Below are positions 1 through 21,524 of a stretch of 64,000 bases of DNA, piece after piece. The stretch spans positions 4,089,962-4,153,961 of the forward strand of contig CAVNZM010000007.1 of NCBI GenBank assembly GCA_963693365.1, in the 5' to 3' direction. A model generated the notes under the pieces. That model ran no database searches and had not been told where the DNA came from. It saw only the letters and a list, made by a program, of their open reading frames with translations. The stretch is from Amoebidium appalachense (lineage: Eukaryota > Protista > Ichthyosporea). The stretch's first letter is position 1; each line of letters opens with the position of its first letter. The translations under genes and the position numbers were made by a program.

Positions 1-220
1 AGGTTCCAAAGAAGATCACCAATCCAATAGGCAGGGGTTGGCGTGATTTGTTCATAAGAGGCTTGGAGGCCTAATTGATCATCACTCTATATCTGTGCCC
101 CCTTCCCCCTCCCCACCTTCCTTTTCAACACAAGGCAAATCCACGTACACACAAACACAAATGCATACACACCAGCACCCACTGCTGCCCCCCCCCCCCC
201 CCCCCCCACCACCACCACCA

Positions 221-292
<72 letters not shown>

Positions 293-308
293 CGTCCCAT
301 GCACACAC

Positions 309-9069
<8,761 letters not shown>

Positions 9070-9915
9070 GGTGCCGGTAGGAAACGCTTCCACGTGCGTG
9101 TATGCTCAATAAGCGTGAAAAGAAAAACAAGAAAGTTTTCTTGAAGTAAACGAGATAATTTAAGGCTGTCAGGTCCCCGCACCAGGTCCCGTTTAGGTAG
9201 CCAGAAGGTCTACGGACAGACGCTTGTTAACAAGCAAAAGAAAAAAAAAGTGAACTTTTAACAAATAATTTATACAACCAAACATAAAGTCATCCCTTCG
9301 TGGCTTTCTACAACTCTTGCATGAAGTGGGCGAAGAGGGGAGCGAGGGAAGGGACTGAAAGCAAAAAAAAACGATAAAAAGAACAAGGACTGTCACAGTA
9401 GGCTGTCAGCCTCACTCTGCGGCTTGCCCTTGCTGGGTGACGTCACGTTGATACTATTAGTTCGCGCCAAAACCGAAACAGCGAAGTTGATTGGATGTTT
9501 TGTACCAATCAGATGGCAGAGATTTCCAGGGGTTGAATTACGACTCAAAATCATCGTATTTACGATTAAGCCCAAGAGGTCAACACGACTAACGCTGGGA
9601 GGTGCTGTATTGGTTTATCGTAGCAGTCAAATATTCCCCATAGTGTATTTTGGTGTGCTTTCATACGAAAACTGGAGTTTTCTAGGAAAAATGATCAGGT
9701 GGCTATTTTTGCACTCCAGAGCGGAATATGAAGCCCTGTTTTGCCTGTCGGGGCGTAAAATCGCTAACGGAGTGTACAATTGTCAGAAATGTTTCATTAA
9801 AGTCGGTAATGTAAGTTCGTTAATGAGGTGAACCCCGCCATTACGATTTAAAAATTCCGATAATACGATTTCGTTTTGGGTAACACGGGTAGCGCAGCCA
9901 AACCCGCACAACCCC

Positions 9916-9954
<39 letters not shown>

Positions 9955-10184
9955 GACGAAGCAAAGTGTGCAAGTCTTGCCGTCGCGTGCTGCCATGTCA
10001 CAGGCTGAGGGATTTCAAGGGGGTGTCTCAGTTTTGGGATTGACTCATTGATTGTACACCGTACTCAAAATACCGAGCCTTACTTTACACGAAGTCTTCA
10101 AGTCTGAGCGTTCCGTTTCGTTTCAAGGGCTGCGTCATAAACTGCGTGCGCACGGGTGGGTGTGTGTGTGTGTGTGTGTGTGTG

Positions 10185-10229
<45 letters not shown>

Positions 10230-10284
10230 AGGGGAGGCAAACACAGGGAGGTTTACTGCGACGGCAAGATGGGGAGGGGGGAAA

Positions 10285-10318
<34 letters not shown>

Positions 10319-10900
10319 AGACCATAAAATATTTGCATCACCTTGTCCTAACCTTGGCACGGATATGATACCCCTGACTTGAGGCTCACAGCAACAGAAC
10401 ATAGAGCGAAAGTTGTTTAAGTTGTTTCCCAACTACCTCTTATAAGTATGGTGTGTCCGCCACAGCCTAGGGTGAAAAGACTTCGACAAATGCTTACGTT
10501 CCAAATTTTTTGTCTATCGGTATGGCACAGTAATGGCCTCCCAGCGAGTTACCTCAAACATTCATGTCTACATGTAGCTTACTTCTCCTTGATTTCCTAT
10601 ACAAGAAACGAACCCTCTATGTGCATTCCCAACTAGAACTTTCCTAGGCCTGTGCGCTTCCCTTGCTTCCTTATTCTCCCCCCCCTCCCCCCCCCTCCCC
10701 ACCCACCCACCACGGAGGGTCCTCGAACTCTAACTTGTCCCTTATGACACAGTTAAGAAATAGCTACGCACATATGAAAAAGTTACTTGGAAGAATTCAT
10801 TTTAACGTCCAGAACAACCTCGACAATACATACAAGTACACCTTCAACGTTCTCATACATAACATCCTTTTGCAAACGGAGAGCACACAACCACACCATT

Positions 10901-11986
10901 TCAAACAACCCTCTTGCAGCAGCTGTGCGAACACTCTCCCTTTGCACACTTTTTCCAGTATTCGCTGTTCTGCTTGTGCCCGCAAGGGCCAGCCTTGGTA
11001 GGTGCTCTGATGTTCATTCTCTGCATGTCTTCAACAAGTGCATCTACTTCCCCAGCCCTGCCCCCAACCCCATTTCTAGCTCTCAAGGTATTTTCCCTCT
11101 GCCTGTTCGCTTGTTGCTCTTCTCCCCCGTTTGCCCTGGGTTGTAGCTGAGGTTGCGGGGGTGCTACGTTCTGTTGCGGTATGTTTGCCCCGTTTCCTCT
11201 GTTTCCTCTATTTCCCTCGTTTTCCCGGTCCCCCCTATTTCCCTCGTTTCTGAGTGGTGCTTTCACCGTCAGAGCCTCTAACCAAGCGAGGACAGAGGTG
11301 GCGGTGGGGCGGTCGCTTGGATTTCTAGCCGAACAATGTTGTGGAAGGCCACCGAAAAGATCCCTTACCCCGCACCAATCAGCCAAATCTCGTAACGTCT
11401 GTCCAAGCGAGAAAATGTCCGTCCTGTCCGTTTGTGGGCCTTGTCCAGCAATCTCTGGCGCCATATAACCTTGTGTGCCGCAATTTGTCCTTGCGGCTGC
11501 CATGTTTTTAGCCAGACCCATGTCTCCTATCTTGAACTGGTCTCCCTTGTAGAGTATGTTACTTGGCTTAATATCACGGTGAACAAGCCCCAGCGAGTGG
11601 ATGTGCACGATAGCCTGCGCAGTTGCCTTAGCAGCAGTGTATGCCTGGAAAGGATCCAGTCCACTCTTATGCTTAAGCTCAAACACGTCCCCATCCATCT
11701 TCTCAAGAACTATCCAGAGGTCGTTTCCGTTTTCGCAGTAGCCGTAATACGTGACAAGTGCCGGATGGTTGCCGAGGGAACGTAGATTGTTGAGCTCAGT
11801 CACTGCTTCTCGAAGCTGTTGGGGATTTCCTGTGGGTATGACTTTGACTGCAACGGGGGAGCCCAACCAGGTTCCTTCGTAAACTGTCCCAAAGCCCCCC
11901 CTACCCAGTTGGCGGAGAAGGTGAAGGTTTGGCTTTGGGATGAAATCGGCGCGAACTGGTGCATTTTGGGGGAAGGTTTGTGCCAT
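10901..11986 (-). CDS. Intronless Ser/Thr protein kinase (361 aa) with a C-terminal Cys/His-rich tail
   Basis: GRGGFG loop, VAVK, HRDIKPSN, DMG in place of DFG, GTQGYMAPE, TDIFSLG, DRPTA; uninterrupted ORF from ATG to TGA. Confidence 0.93.
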   Translation of the reverse strand: MAQTFPQNAPVRADFIPKPNLHLLRQLGRGGFGTVYEGTWLGSPVAVKVIPTGNPQQLREAVTELNNLRSLGNHPALVTYYGYCENGNDLWIVLEKMDGDVFELKHKSGLDPFQAYTAAKATAQAIVHIHSLGLVHRDIKPSNILYKGDQFKIGDMGLAKNMAAARTNCGTQGYMAPEIAGQGPQTDRTDIFSLGQTLRDLADWCGVRDLFGGLPQHCSARNPSDRPTATSVLAWLEALTVKAPLRNEGNRGDRENEGNRGNRGNGANIPQQNVAPPQPQLQPRANGGEEQQANRQRENTLRARNGVGGRAGEVDALVEDMQRMNIRAPTKAGPCGHKQNSEYWKKCAKGECSHSCCKRVV

Positions 11987-12936
11987 GTTTTTTCGTGCTG
12001 TGTGTAAGCAAGGCCCCGTTATGTGCTTGTTGGTGTGTGTGTGCGTGGTCGTATGCGTACTTGCTTTTGTGAGCGTTTTTTTCCTTGTTTAGTTTTGTGC
12101 CTGCTGCCTTGTGCCTTAAGGGCAGAAGGTGGACTCCCCTCGAAACTTTGAAGTTGTTCTTGAACGAATTTGCGCTGACCGCACTAGACAGGTGGCAGAG
12201 GGGAAAAGAGAACAAGACCAACCAGGAAAAACAATCGGCTACAATACCTTCCTAGATAAACCCTAATTTTCGACCTGTAATATGCATGACCCGTAAACAC
12301 GAGAGTTAGTACAGGAGGATTCAAACATGTCAACTCGTCGGACTGTCGGTCCCGGAGCTCTTGAAGCCGCAGCACTCAGTCCGCACTGGAAGCGCGACCC
12401 TACAAGGCGGCAAGATCCTCAAAGTAATTACTGCTTGACGACCAATTAAAGTATACAAATACAAAACTAGAGTACTAAAATGTGTAAAGCAGTTTTAATT
12501 GAGTAAAGGTCACATTCTCTGATATTCAAAAAAATGGCGCCAGACGTGCCATGTTTCGAACATCACAACGGCTCATCACAGCGCGAGGCTTCTTGGGAAG
12601 GCTTCATTCAATACAGGCAACAGCAAGGCAATCATCTGGTTATATGTATATGCATGTCTGCAGGTAACACTAGTCTGCTAGGTGACCTGTTTTACTCTTC
12701 AGATTTTTTTACCTGTTAACCGCAATCGAGCAGCCAGTGAACAACAATCGCTTTGGTGCCACCAAGCATACGATCGAAGGGCCATATAACAACCGTTTGT
12801 GCGACCATTACATAAGATGCTGAACGCATGACCGGTTTGTTACTCTTCGCCTTCTGTCTGACTCGTCCTGTAGTGCAAGGGAAAACCGCTGCTTTTGAGC
12901 AAATAAATCTGACTCCATGAGAAGACTACGGACAAT

Positions 12937-13966
12937 ATGGGGCAGGAGTTTATGGTGCTGTGCTGCTGCACCTGTGCCGTTTATCAGGTCCACCAGGCAA
13001 GGGTGCTTGCTCTTGTGAGTGTGGACATTCTTTATTCATTTTTTTTTCCCTGGGCGAAGGAAGGTTGGGGGGGGGGGGGGAGGGGAAGGGGGGAGAAGGG
13101 GGGGGGGGGGGGGGGGAGGGGGGGGGGGGGGGGGGGGATCGATTCCCTCCCTCTGTGAACAGGGACGGGGGGCATGGGTGAGTGGGTGGCTATGGGGACC
13201 ACAAAAAGAGCGGAGTTAGAGACAGGGCTAAAGGAAGAGGGAGAGAGAGGAATGAATAAAGTAAGACGGCAGCTGAACAGAAAAAAAATTCCAGTCACAC
13301 TGGCAAAGAAAAGTGAAGACCGGGCAGGGATGGTGGTGGGGGCACACTGAAAGAAACTTAAGTGTGTGTGTGTCTGTGGGGTTGGTTTTTTTTGGGGGGG
13401 GGGGGGGTGGGGGGTGGTGGTGGTGGGGGGGGGGGGGGGCTATGGTTGCCTAGAGGAAGAATTGTGCAGGGTTTGATTGTTGCCAACGCTTGCTCATAGA
13501 CGTCTAACCACAAAGAATCTAGCTGGGAACGGGGGGGAGGGGGTGGGGTGGGTGGGTTGGTGGGGGGGGAGGGGAAGGGGGGAGCAGCAAAGGTTTGTGG
13601 GGCGGCGCGGGGGGGAGGGTTGGTGGGAGGGAGGGGGGGTGTGGAGGAAGAAGGGGGAGAACTGTTAAGCTAACGCGAAAAGCAGGCTAAGAAATCACCC
13701 AGGTGGCAGTGCAAGCTATGTGGCCAGAAGCAGTCTCAAACCATGGTGAGTGGTGCAGTGTGCATCTGGAGATGTCTCTTGTTCATTCAATGTGCGGATT
13801 CCCTAATTTTGTCGTAAGTTTACGGAGATTTGTAGACTCAAGCTTCTTGTCGCTGCATCAGCGTTTTAGAGAAACAGAAGGCTGCTGTGCTGTAGCTTCC
13901 CTTCGGCGGTGCCCTTTTTCTGTACTTTAACATGCATCAGTGTACTCTCGTGGAAGTGGCTATAAA

Positions 13967-14005
<39 letters not shown>

Positions 14006-14046
14006 GTGTGTGTGTGTGTTCGCATAGGCTTTCGTGTGCATGCCCG

Positions 14047-14085
<39 letters not shown>

Positions 14086-15802
14086 CGTGTGGCTGTGTCT
14101 GTGTGTGTAGCATAAAAATGGATAGCAAATGCCGGCTTCTTGTGTCTATCCTCCCACCTCCCCGCGGGGGGAGGGGGGGGGGGGGGGGGCTCTGAACTGT
14201 CATCCTCCTGGTTGTTTCACGGCTGAAGGAGACGGGGGGAGGGGGGAGGGGGGAGGGGGGAGGGGGGGGGAGCAGGACAAATCTTTGTGCATGTATGAGG
14301 AATCTCTGGGAAAGTACTTGCAAAATGCCGAGGGCACTGGGTTGTTACGGTGAAGCACATTGTGGATGGTGGAAGGATTATTGGGTTGAGCTTGGGTGCC
14401 CTCTTGGTGGTGGTGATGGTGGTGGTGGTGGGTGGGTGGGTGGGTGGGGGGGGGGGGGGGGGTCGATTAAAGGTGGGGGGGAAGGTATGGGAGGAGGAAT
14501 TTGGGGGGGGGGGGAGGGGGGGGGGGGAGGGAGGAAGGCTTGGGAGGGAAGTGACACCCATGCCGTTCACATTAATTCATTTCGTTCAACAACGTGTGGT
14601 ATGTTCATTGAAAGTGAAGTATGTTCCTTTTTTTCTTTTAATTCTAAACCTTTTCAATTGGTCTTATTCAGCACCGCTGCCTTTTGGTGGGTACCGGCGA
14701 GAGTGTAGTATCCTTCACCACATATGACTTTTCTTTCACCAAGGGATCAACCCTTTAAATGTGCCGAATGCCAATGATGTGCATGAGCGGTGTGATCCCT
14801 TTGGGCCTGCTGTACTCATAAATTTGAATTTTCTTGAAACCAGGTGTACGGATGGGGGGCTGGAAAGGAGTGTAGGGTGATGGTTCAGCAGCTGAACATG
14901 AATAAGGTGTGTACTTCAAAGAGCCCCCCCCCCCCCCCCCCCCCCCCCCCCGCCCCGCCGCCTGCCTCCTGCCCAAGACACTCACAGTCGCGCACACAGA
15001 CAGTCACACACAAGAACAACGTGATAGGAGGAAGGAAAGAAAAGCACCAGAAACCAAAAGGAATTGAAAAGCATCGAAACCCCCCCCCCCCCCCCCCCCT
15101 CCTCCTCCTCCTTCTCCCAAACACCCACCCCGGCCCTTTTCCTTTCCTTCCCCTTACACGTGAGGACGAGAGTTGGCATAGTGCACACACGTAAACAGGA
15201 CTGTACATCTTATTCTCGTGCACCTATTTTTGCACCATCAAATAACTATTTAAACACACAGGGTCAAGCCCAGATGCACAAGGAAGCACACCTATTGGAT
15301 AGGTATCATGCTGGACATGACGAGCATGGTGACAGCCGTGGGGAGGAGGACACGGAGGAGGGCTACGGATGGCCGGGCAGGTGTGCATGCTTTTCTTGGC
15401 CGGGCTGTCTGTCTGTGTGGGATGATCTATCACGTCACTTTCCGTTTTTTCCCCCGTTTTTATTTCACACACACGGCACACACACTCGTCAGAATTACCT
15501 TTCTCTCCCTCCCCACTCCCCCCTTTCCCCCCCCCCCCCCCCCCCCCCCCTTGCTCTCTTTCATTCCCTCTTCCGTCCAGTTTACGGTGTACGTGGGGCT
15601 CAGAGGCTCATGTAATGTGAGTGATATCTTGACCGTTTGACCTCCCATTCAACCGGTTGCAACTCTTCACATAGGCAAACATCCGTTCTTCCGGACTTTC
15701 CCCCCCCCCCTTCCTCCCCCCTCCCCCCTCCCCCCTCTCCCCCTTTCCTTCCCCCCCCCCCCGACCCCCTCTCCCCTATGGCCCCCTCCTCCCATCACCC
15801 TT

Positions 15803-15842
<40 letters not shown>

Positions 15843-16382
15843 TGGCGTACCAAACCAATGACACCGGGCTGGTGTAAAGAATTCCTCTTTGCAAACGCTG
15901 GGAACCCATCAACCTCTCACCACGGTGTTCCTTGCCTCTTTGCATGTCTATATTTGGTATATCTAGCAGATATCTATACTCGAATCATCTGTGTCTATGT
16001 TCCGAAACGCTAGGATGCTTCATATTTGGACTATTTCAGCATATCTCCAAAGCTGAACATTCAAGCACGAGTCTATATGTCGGTATATGCGCAATGCTCT
16101 AAGTACTAATGTGCTGGGTCCCGTCTCCCTTTTCCTCCCAGAGATGTAGGGCAGATCAACAACCGCGCAGACAAATCTCGCTTGTGGACCGACTATGCTG
16201 ATGCCAGCGAGGTAACCCCCCTCCCCCCCCCCCGAAAAAAAAAGAAAAAGAAAGAAAAAGAAAGTTAGAAAGAAAGAAAAAAGAAAGAAAGGAAATGAAA
16301 AGAGTGAGGTTGGGGTGGGGTTGGGGGGAAGGGGGGAGGGGGGGGGAGGGGGAATAACAGACCGTGCACACGGACACACACA

Positions 16383-16418
<36 letters not shown>

Positions 16419-16713
16419 ACACACACACACCTGGAAAAAAAACCGGGGAAGAAAGGAAGAGGTGGGATGGGGGGGGGGGGGGGGGGGGGGGGGGGGATAA
16501 AGACAGTGTGTAAGGATGTAAGTTTGAATATGTGCATGTGCATGGCATTCTGCTCCACCACGTGCAGTAATTTAACATTATTTTTTATTTTTTCCGCAGG
16601 GGTCTGATGTTGACGATAACGACGCATTGGCCCAGTGCATGCGGAGGCAGCAGGAGGTGGCAAGGGAAGATGCTGGAAGGAGAAAGAGGCCCAGGACAGG
16701 CAGGGGTGGAGAG

Positions 16714-16806
<93 letters not shown>

Positions 16807-17424
16807 GTTGGGTTGGGTTGCTGATTACAAACCCTGTGTGTTGTGTGCTCGAAAGAACACACACACATGCACTTGCTAACACGTCAGTCCCGTGCACGCG
16901 TATACACACACCCGCTTGCCCGTGCCCACGCATCCACACATACACACGCCGCGCGGCGCGCGCACACACACACACGCGCCCACGCACACGCACACACACA
17001 CACACACCTCTGGGCGCGTGACACCACACCACGTACTTTGCGTATACTTATACACGGGGTAGAGACACTCGTCTCTTCGATTAGCTGCTTTCATATACAT
17101 ATGTTCATACTTCTCAATTATGTATACCTTCCATTTCCCTTCTTTTGTGGTCCCTTCTTTTGTGGGGGGGTGTCTGTTATTGGCTGGGTGCATGTGTGTG
17201 TGTGTGTTTGGGTGGAGGCGGAGAGGAGCAGTATGTGAGGGAGGATGGTTGGTCATAAGAGAAGGGAGAGAGATCATGTGATGTGAAAAACAGCATTGTT
17301 TGTGAGCCCTGCCTACCCCCCCCCCCCCCCCTCCACCCTCCCCCCGCTCTCCAACCACCACCACGTCACCACCGTCACTACACACACCATGAAACAGAAT
17401 CAGATCTGGGGATGACTTCTCCTT

Positions 17425-17461
<37 letters not shown>

Positions 17462-18394
17462 CCCCACCCCCTCCCGTCCACTTCTTAAAAAAAAAAAAAA
17501 AAAGAAAAGAAAAAAAAAAAAAAGATGGACAAGCTTCTATCCGCAGGTCTCTTTTCTGACTGTTTTGCCTCGCAGGAAAACCACCCTCGATCGGCCAAAA
17601 GCAACCCCAGAAGCCAACATGGAATGCCAACCGGCTATCAATCGATAGTGGCCCAAAACACCCAACCACAGACTGGATATCATGGTGCGGGCGAAAAGCC
17701 AAACAACAGAGCAGTCCAAAATACGACTTCATATACCGGTAAAAATGCATCTTCGGCAGGGCAATTTAAACAGAATCGGCTGCTTAACCAACCGACGCTT
17801 GCAAATCCTGTTCTTGAATCGAGTAAAGGTGGAGGTATGGGAACTGAAGCGCAGAACGAAAAACTGGGACTTGCGCAAAAACACACCCCTATGCCCAAAT
17901 ATGGTTATTCGAGCTCGCAGGCATACAGGGCACCCCTTCATCCATCGAGCGGAAACCTAAACCCCCCGAATTTCGGAATCTCTGTAACCGAAAAACCGAA
18001 GGTGCCGCAAAACAACAACACGCAGAGTGTGGCAGAAACGTGTGCAGACGATTTCTTCGATCTTGGCGATGGCGATTGGGATGTTTTGAATGACGTTGAT
18101 GACCACGGCGAATTTGCAAAAGACCCCACCAACGTGTTAACTCCGACCGGAACAAGTATTGGGGTTTCTACCGGTGCTAGTAATGGGCCTGTCGCTAATG
18201 TAGTTTGTGGTAAGAACGAACAGTCACACTTCAACGATAATAAGATTGCTGGTGGGCTGGTGGGTCATATGGAGGTGAAGAATAAGGGGGTGGGGGTGGG
18301 GGCGGGGGCGGGGGCAGTTGGTCTGACAAAAACATCTCTGTGGGCAGAGTATGCGGATGAGGGTAGTAGCGAGGATTCGGAGAGTGGGTTTTGA
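12937..18394 (+). CDS. MRNIP: MRN complex-interacting protein homologue (~439 aa, 7 exons)
   Basis: Exons 12937-12996 MGQEFMVLCCCTCAVYQVHQ; 13686-13745 AKKSPRWQCKLCGQKQS; 14844-14906 VYGWGAGKECRVMVQQLN; 15262-15380; 16142-16211; 16600-16699 (or -16705); 17547-18394. Matches the MRNIP N-terminal pattern (C..C..FQVHQ.KK..W.CK.CG.KQS...YG.G.G..CR..VQ.LN). Phases are consistent. Confidence 0.88.
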
Positions 18395-19160
18395 TTTAAT
18401 TTCCATTTAAAATTTACACTTCACTAAGATTTATTTGTTACTTCTTCATATATAATACTTTTAGTACTGGGCGGTGTGTTATAATTGTTCTCTATACCAG
18501 ACTGCCAGTTCTAACACATGTGTACATACCGCTAGGCACGTACGTTCCAAGGCCTCCTGAGTGAAAGACCTATAGACAACATTCGTCTCTTTTGTATGTA
18601 AGATTGGAGGGGGAGTGCGAGAGTGTGCGGATTCGCGCGTGCCTAAAATCTTAGCTGCCGGCACCTAATCTTCGGTCTGTCCACGTACATACTGTATTGA
18701 CATTTAGACCCGCTGAAAAACAGAGAGTGATTTAGGTACACGAGTTTGCCAAATGAATGAAAGGTAGTTCGGATACTTCTAAGAAAATGTCCTACAGGAC
18801 ACATATTAAGATTCCGTATGGAATTCGATGTTGTAATATATGCACATTACTGATCATTATCATGATGATCCTGCCGCTGCATATTCACTACTAGAAGCGT
18901 TTACCAATCGTTAGGGGGCCCAGTGCGGAAGGGATACATCACCGGCTAGCTCTTGAAGGGCTAATAAATCGAATCAAAACACAGGAAAGCAAAATATGGA
19001 ATGTATGTTTGTGCACCCCCTTGACCCCGGTTGTTCAGATGGACCCCGGCCCGCGGCCGGGCTTGACCCCTGTTTATTTCAAACACCATATAAATTAAAC
19101 GCTGGCGGAAGCCGCCTTGCGTGGGTTTGAACCGGCCAAAAAAGAGAACTTGAAAGAAAA

Positions 19161-19319
19161 GAGAGTTTTCAGAGTCTAGGATTTTGACACCAGCTGGCAG
19201 ACCCCAACTTCTTTTCTACCATCCGTACTGTTACCTTCCACGCACCGGCGCAGCAGGCGCCCAGACCAACCCGAGAGAGTTTCTAGAGTCTAGATTCAGA
19301 CACCAGCTGTCAGACCCTT
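19161..19319. repeat. Imperfect ~45-bp direct repeat
   Basis: GAGAGTTTTCAGAGTCTAGGATTTTGACACCAGCTGGCAGACCC versus GAGAGTTTCTAGAGTCTAGATTCAGACACCAGCTGTCAGACCC. Confidence 0.75.
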
Positions 19320-19383
19320 AGTTTGCAGCTTCTTTTCCCTGAACGCAGCTTCAGTGGGCGCCGTACAGACCTACTTGTAAATG

Positions 19384-19451
<68 letters not shown>

Positions 19452-20364
19452 CCCCTCTCCCCCCCCCCCCCCCCCCCTCTCTCTCTTTTTCTCTCTCTCT
19501 CTTCGAGTCCCTTTCTCCCTACTATTCCCTCTATTCCCCCCCCCCCCCCCCCCCCCCCCTCCCTCCCCCCCTTCCCCCGCCCATGCATCTGTAGACGCCC
19601 TCCCGCTACTAAGATATAGTATACCATGAAAGAGTCTTTGGCGACAACTCAGTTACTGTGATCTATATATATGCGGCGTACATCCTCCCCTCGGCCCCCC
19701 CCCTTTTCCTCCCCATTCCCCGGCCCCCCTTTTGGATTTACCCCCCAGAGTTCCCTCCCGGAAGGGAGTTTCCGCTGTCTGTTCTACGCCCTTTGGGCTA
19801 TTACATAAGTGAAGTATGCATGTTTCTACCTCGCTCTATATTTCATCACACTGTCACTGATTGGGATGGGGGGAGGGGGGAGGAGGGGGACGGGGAACAA
19901 CCATATCAGCAGAACCAATTTGCATTTTGCGGTACTACTCTAGATCTGGCCGCAGCAGGTTCATTCTGTCCGAATGTTTGGGCCTTTTCAATAAAGATTG
20001 TTCGTTCTTTCTTTTTTTTCTTTTTTTTGGAGGGGGTACGTGGGGGGGGGGGGGGGGGGAGAGGGGAAGGGGGAAGAAGGCGGGGTTGGGGGGGGGGGGA
20101 GGGGGGGGCATGGCCCTGTGACGTCTGGGTGAGCAACCTTTGACAAAATGCTCCTGTCGACGCCATGACCATGATACCTTCTTTGCATCCTGATCAGGTG
20201 GGCCTCTCCATAAACGAACAGGTGAGTTGCTTGTTAACGTTTTCCCATTTACGACACAAAATCACCGATAGATAGTATCCCGCGTGTGTGTCATACTTCA
20301 GAGAACGAGACCGGGGATCTAAATGCGGGTGCATGACATGTGCTTGATTCTCAGGTAAGCACTG

Positions 20365-20474
20365 TTTGGCGTGTGTGAGTGTGCACGTGCCGTGTGTTTG
20401 TGTGTTTGAGTGCTTGAGTCATGGTGTGTGTGTGTGTGTGTGCATGCACGGTGTGTGTGTGTGTGTGCATGCAC

Positions 20475-20523
<49 letters not shown>

Positions 20524-20562
20524 AGTGTGTATGTGTGTGTGTGTGTGTGTGTGTGCATGCAC

Positions 20563-20607
<45 letters not shown>

Positions 20608-20610
20608 AGT

Positions 20611-20649
<39 letters not shown>

Positions 20650-21110
20650 TATGTCAATGTCACGGTGTGTTTGTGCGTGCGTGCATGTGTGTGCGCGCGC
20701 GTGTGTGTGTGTGTGTACAGTGTGCATGTGCGTGTGTGTGTACATGTGTGTGTGAGCGTGCGTGCGTGCGTGCGTTTGTGTGTACTTGGACTCTGCACCT
20801 GTGCATGTGCCTGACAGTGTGCGTGATTGTGGGTGTGTGCGTGCGTGCGCACACACACACACACGCACGCACACTCCCACGCACGCACGTACACACACAC
20901 ACACATGTACACACGTGTGTGTGTGTGTGTGTGGTTGTGGGTGTACACATGTGTGTGTGTGTGTGTGCACACCAGTGTGTGTATGTCTGTGCATGTGTGT
21001 GCGTGTGAGCGTGTACGTGTGTGTGTGCCACGGACCGGAGGTGTGTGCGTGTGCGTGTGCGTGCGTGTGTGTGCGGGCGTCTGTGCCTGTGCATGCGCGT
21101 GCGTGTAACG
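20365..21110. repeat. Compound (GT)n/(GCGT)n/(CA)n microsatellite block
   Basis: About 750 bp of alternating purine-pyrimidine sequence with internally duplicated GCATGCACG(GT)n-ACAGT units. Confidence 0.9.
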
Positions 21111-21524
21111 GGCGCTCATGTCAATGCATGATCAACATTTACCGGCGTGCGTTTCGGCACCTGTTGGTTTTCAGGAGCCAACAAGGAGCCAACTACATTC
21201 GAACTTGGCTCATCAATGTCACCGTCAATCTCTGCAGCTGCATGTTCGATTCTATTGCATGTGCATTTCACGCGCGCACATGTATGTATTTATAGCCACG
21301 CACATATAATGGATACCCCAATTGCTGCTAAGATTGCCCGGCTATTCAACAGCAGTTTATTTCTTCCAATAAATGTGATTGGCAGAAATTTGGTTGTGGA
21401 GTTATTGTAAACGTGCACGTTTTGGGTGGATTTTGAACTTGCTAAAAACAGTTACAAAAGTAGAGCAAAGAAGAGCTATCAGCTATCCTTTTCCGAAGAT
21501 CTAGAAAACCCCGTCGGTCCGGGC

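Noticed and set aside
1-72. Terminal FBXL exon (AG|G CCT CCA AGC CTC TTA TGA)
   Set aside because: It would end the protein abruptly mid-LRR; the true next exon may lie outside the window.
9527-9917. Possible hAT-like element with CAGGGGTTG...CAACCCCTG termini
   Set aside because: Only 9 bp of inverted match, no 8-bp TSD and no second copy in the window.
19100-19140. tRNA or tRNA-derived SINE (GGTTCAAACCC B-box-like on minus)
   Set aside because: No A-box and no cloverleaf.
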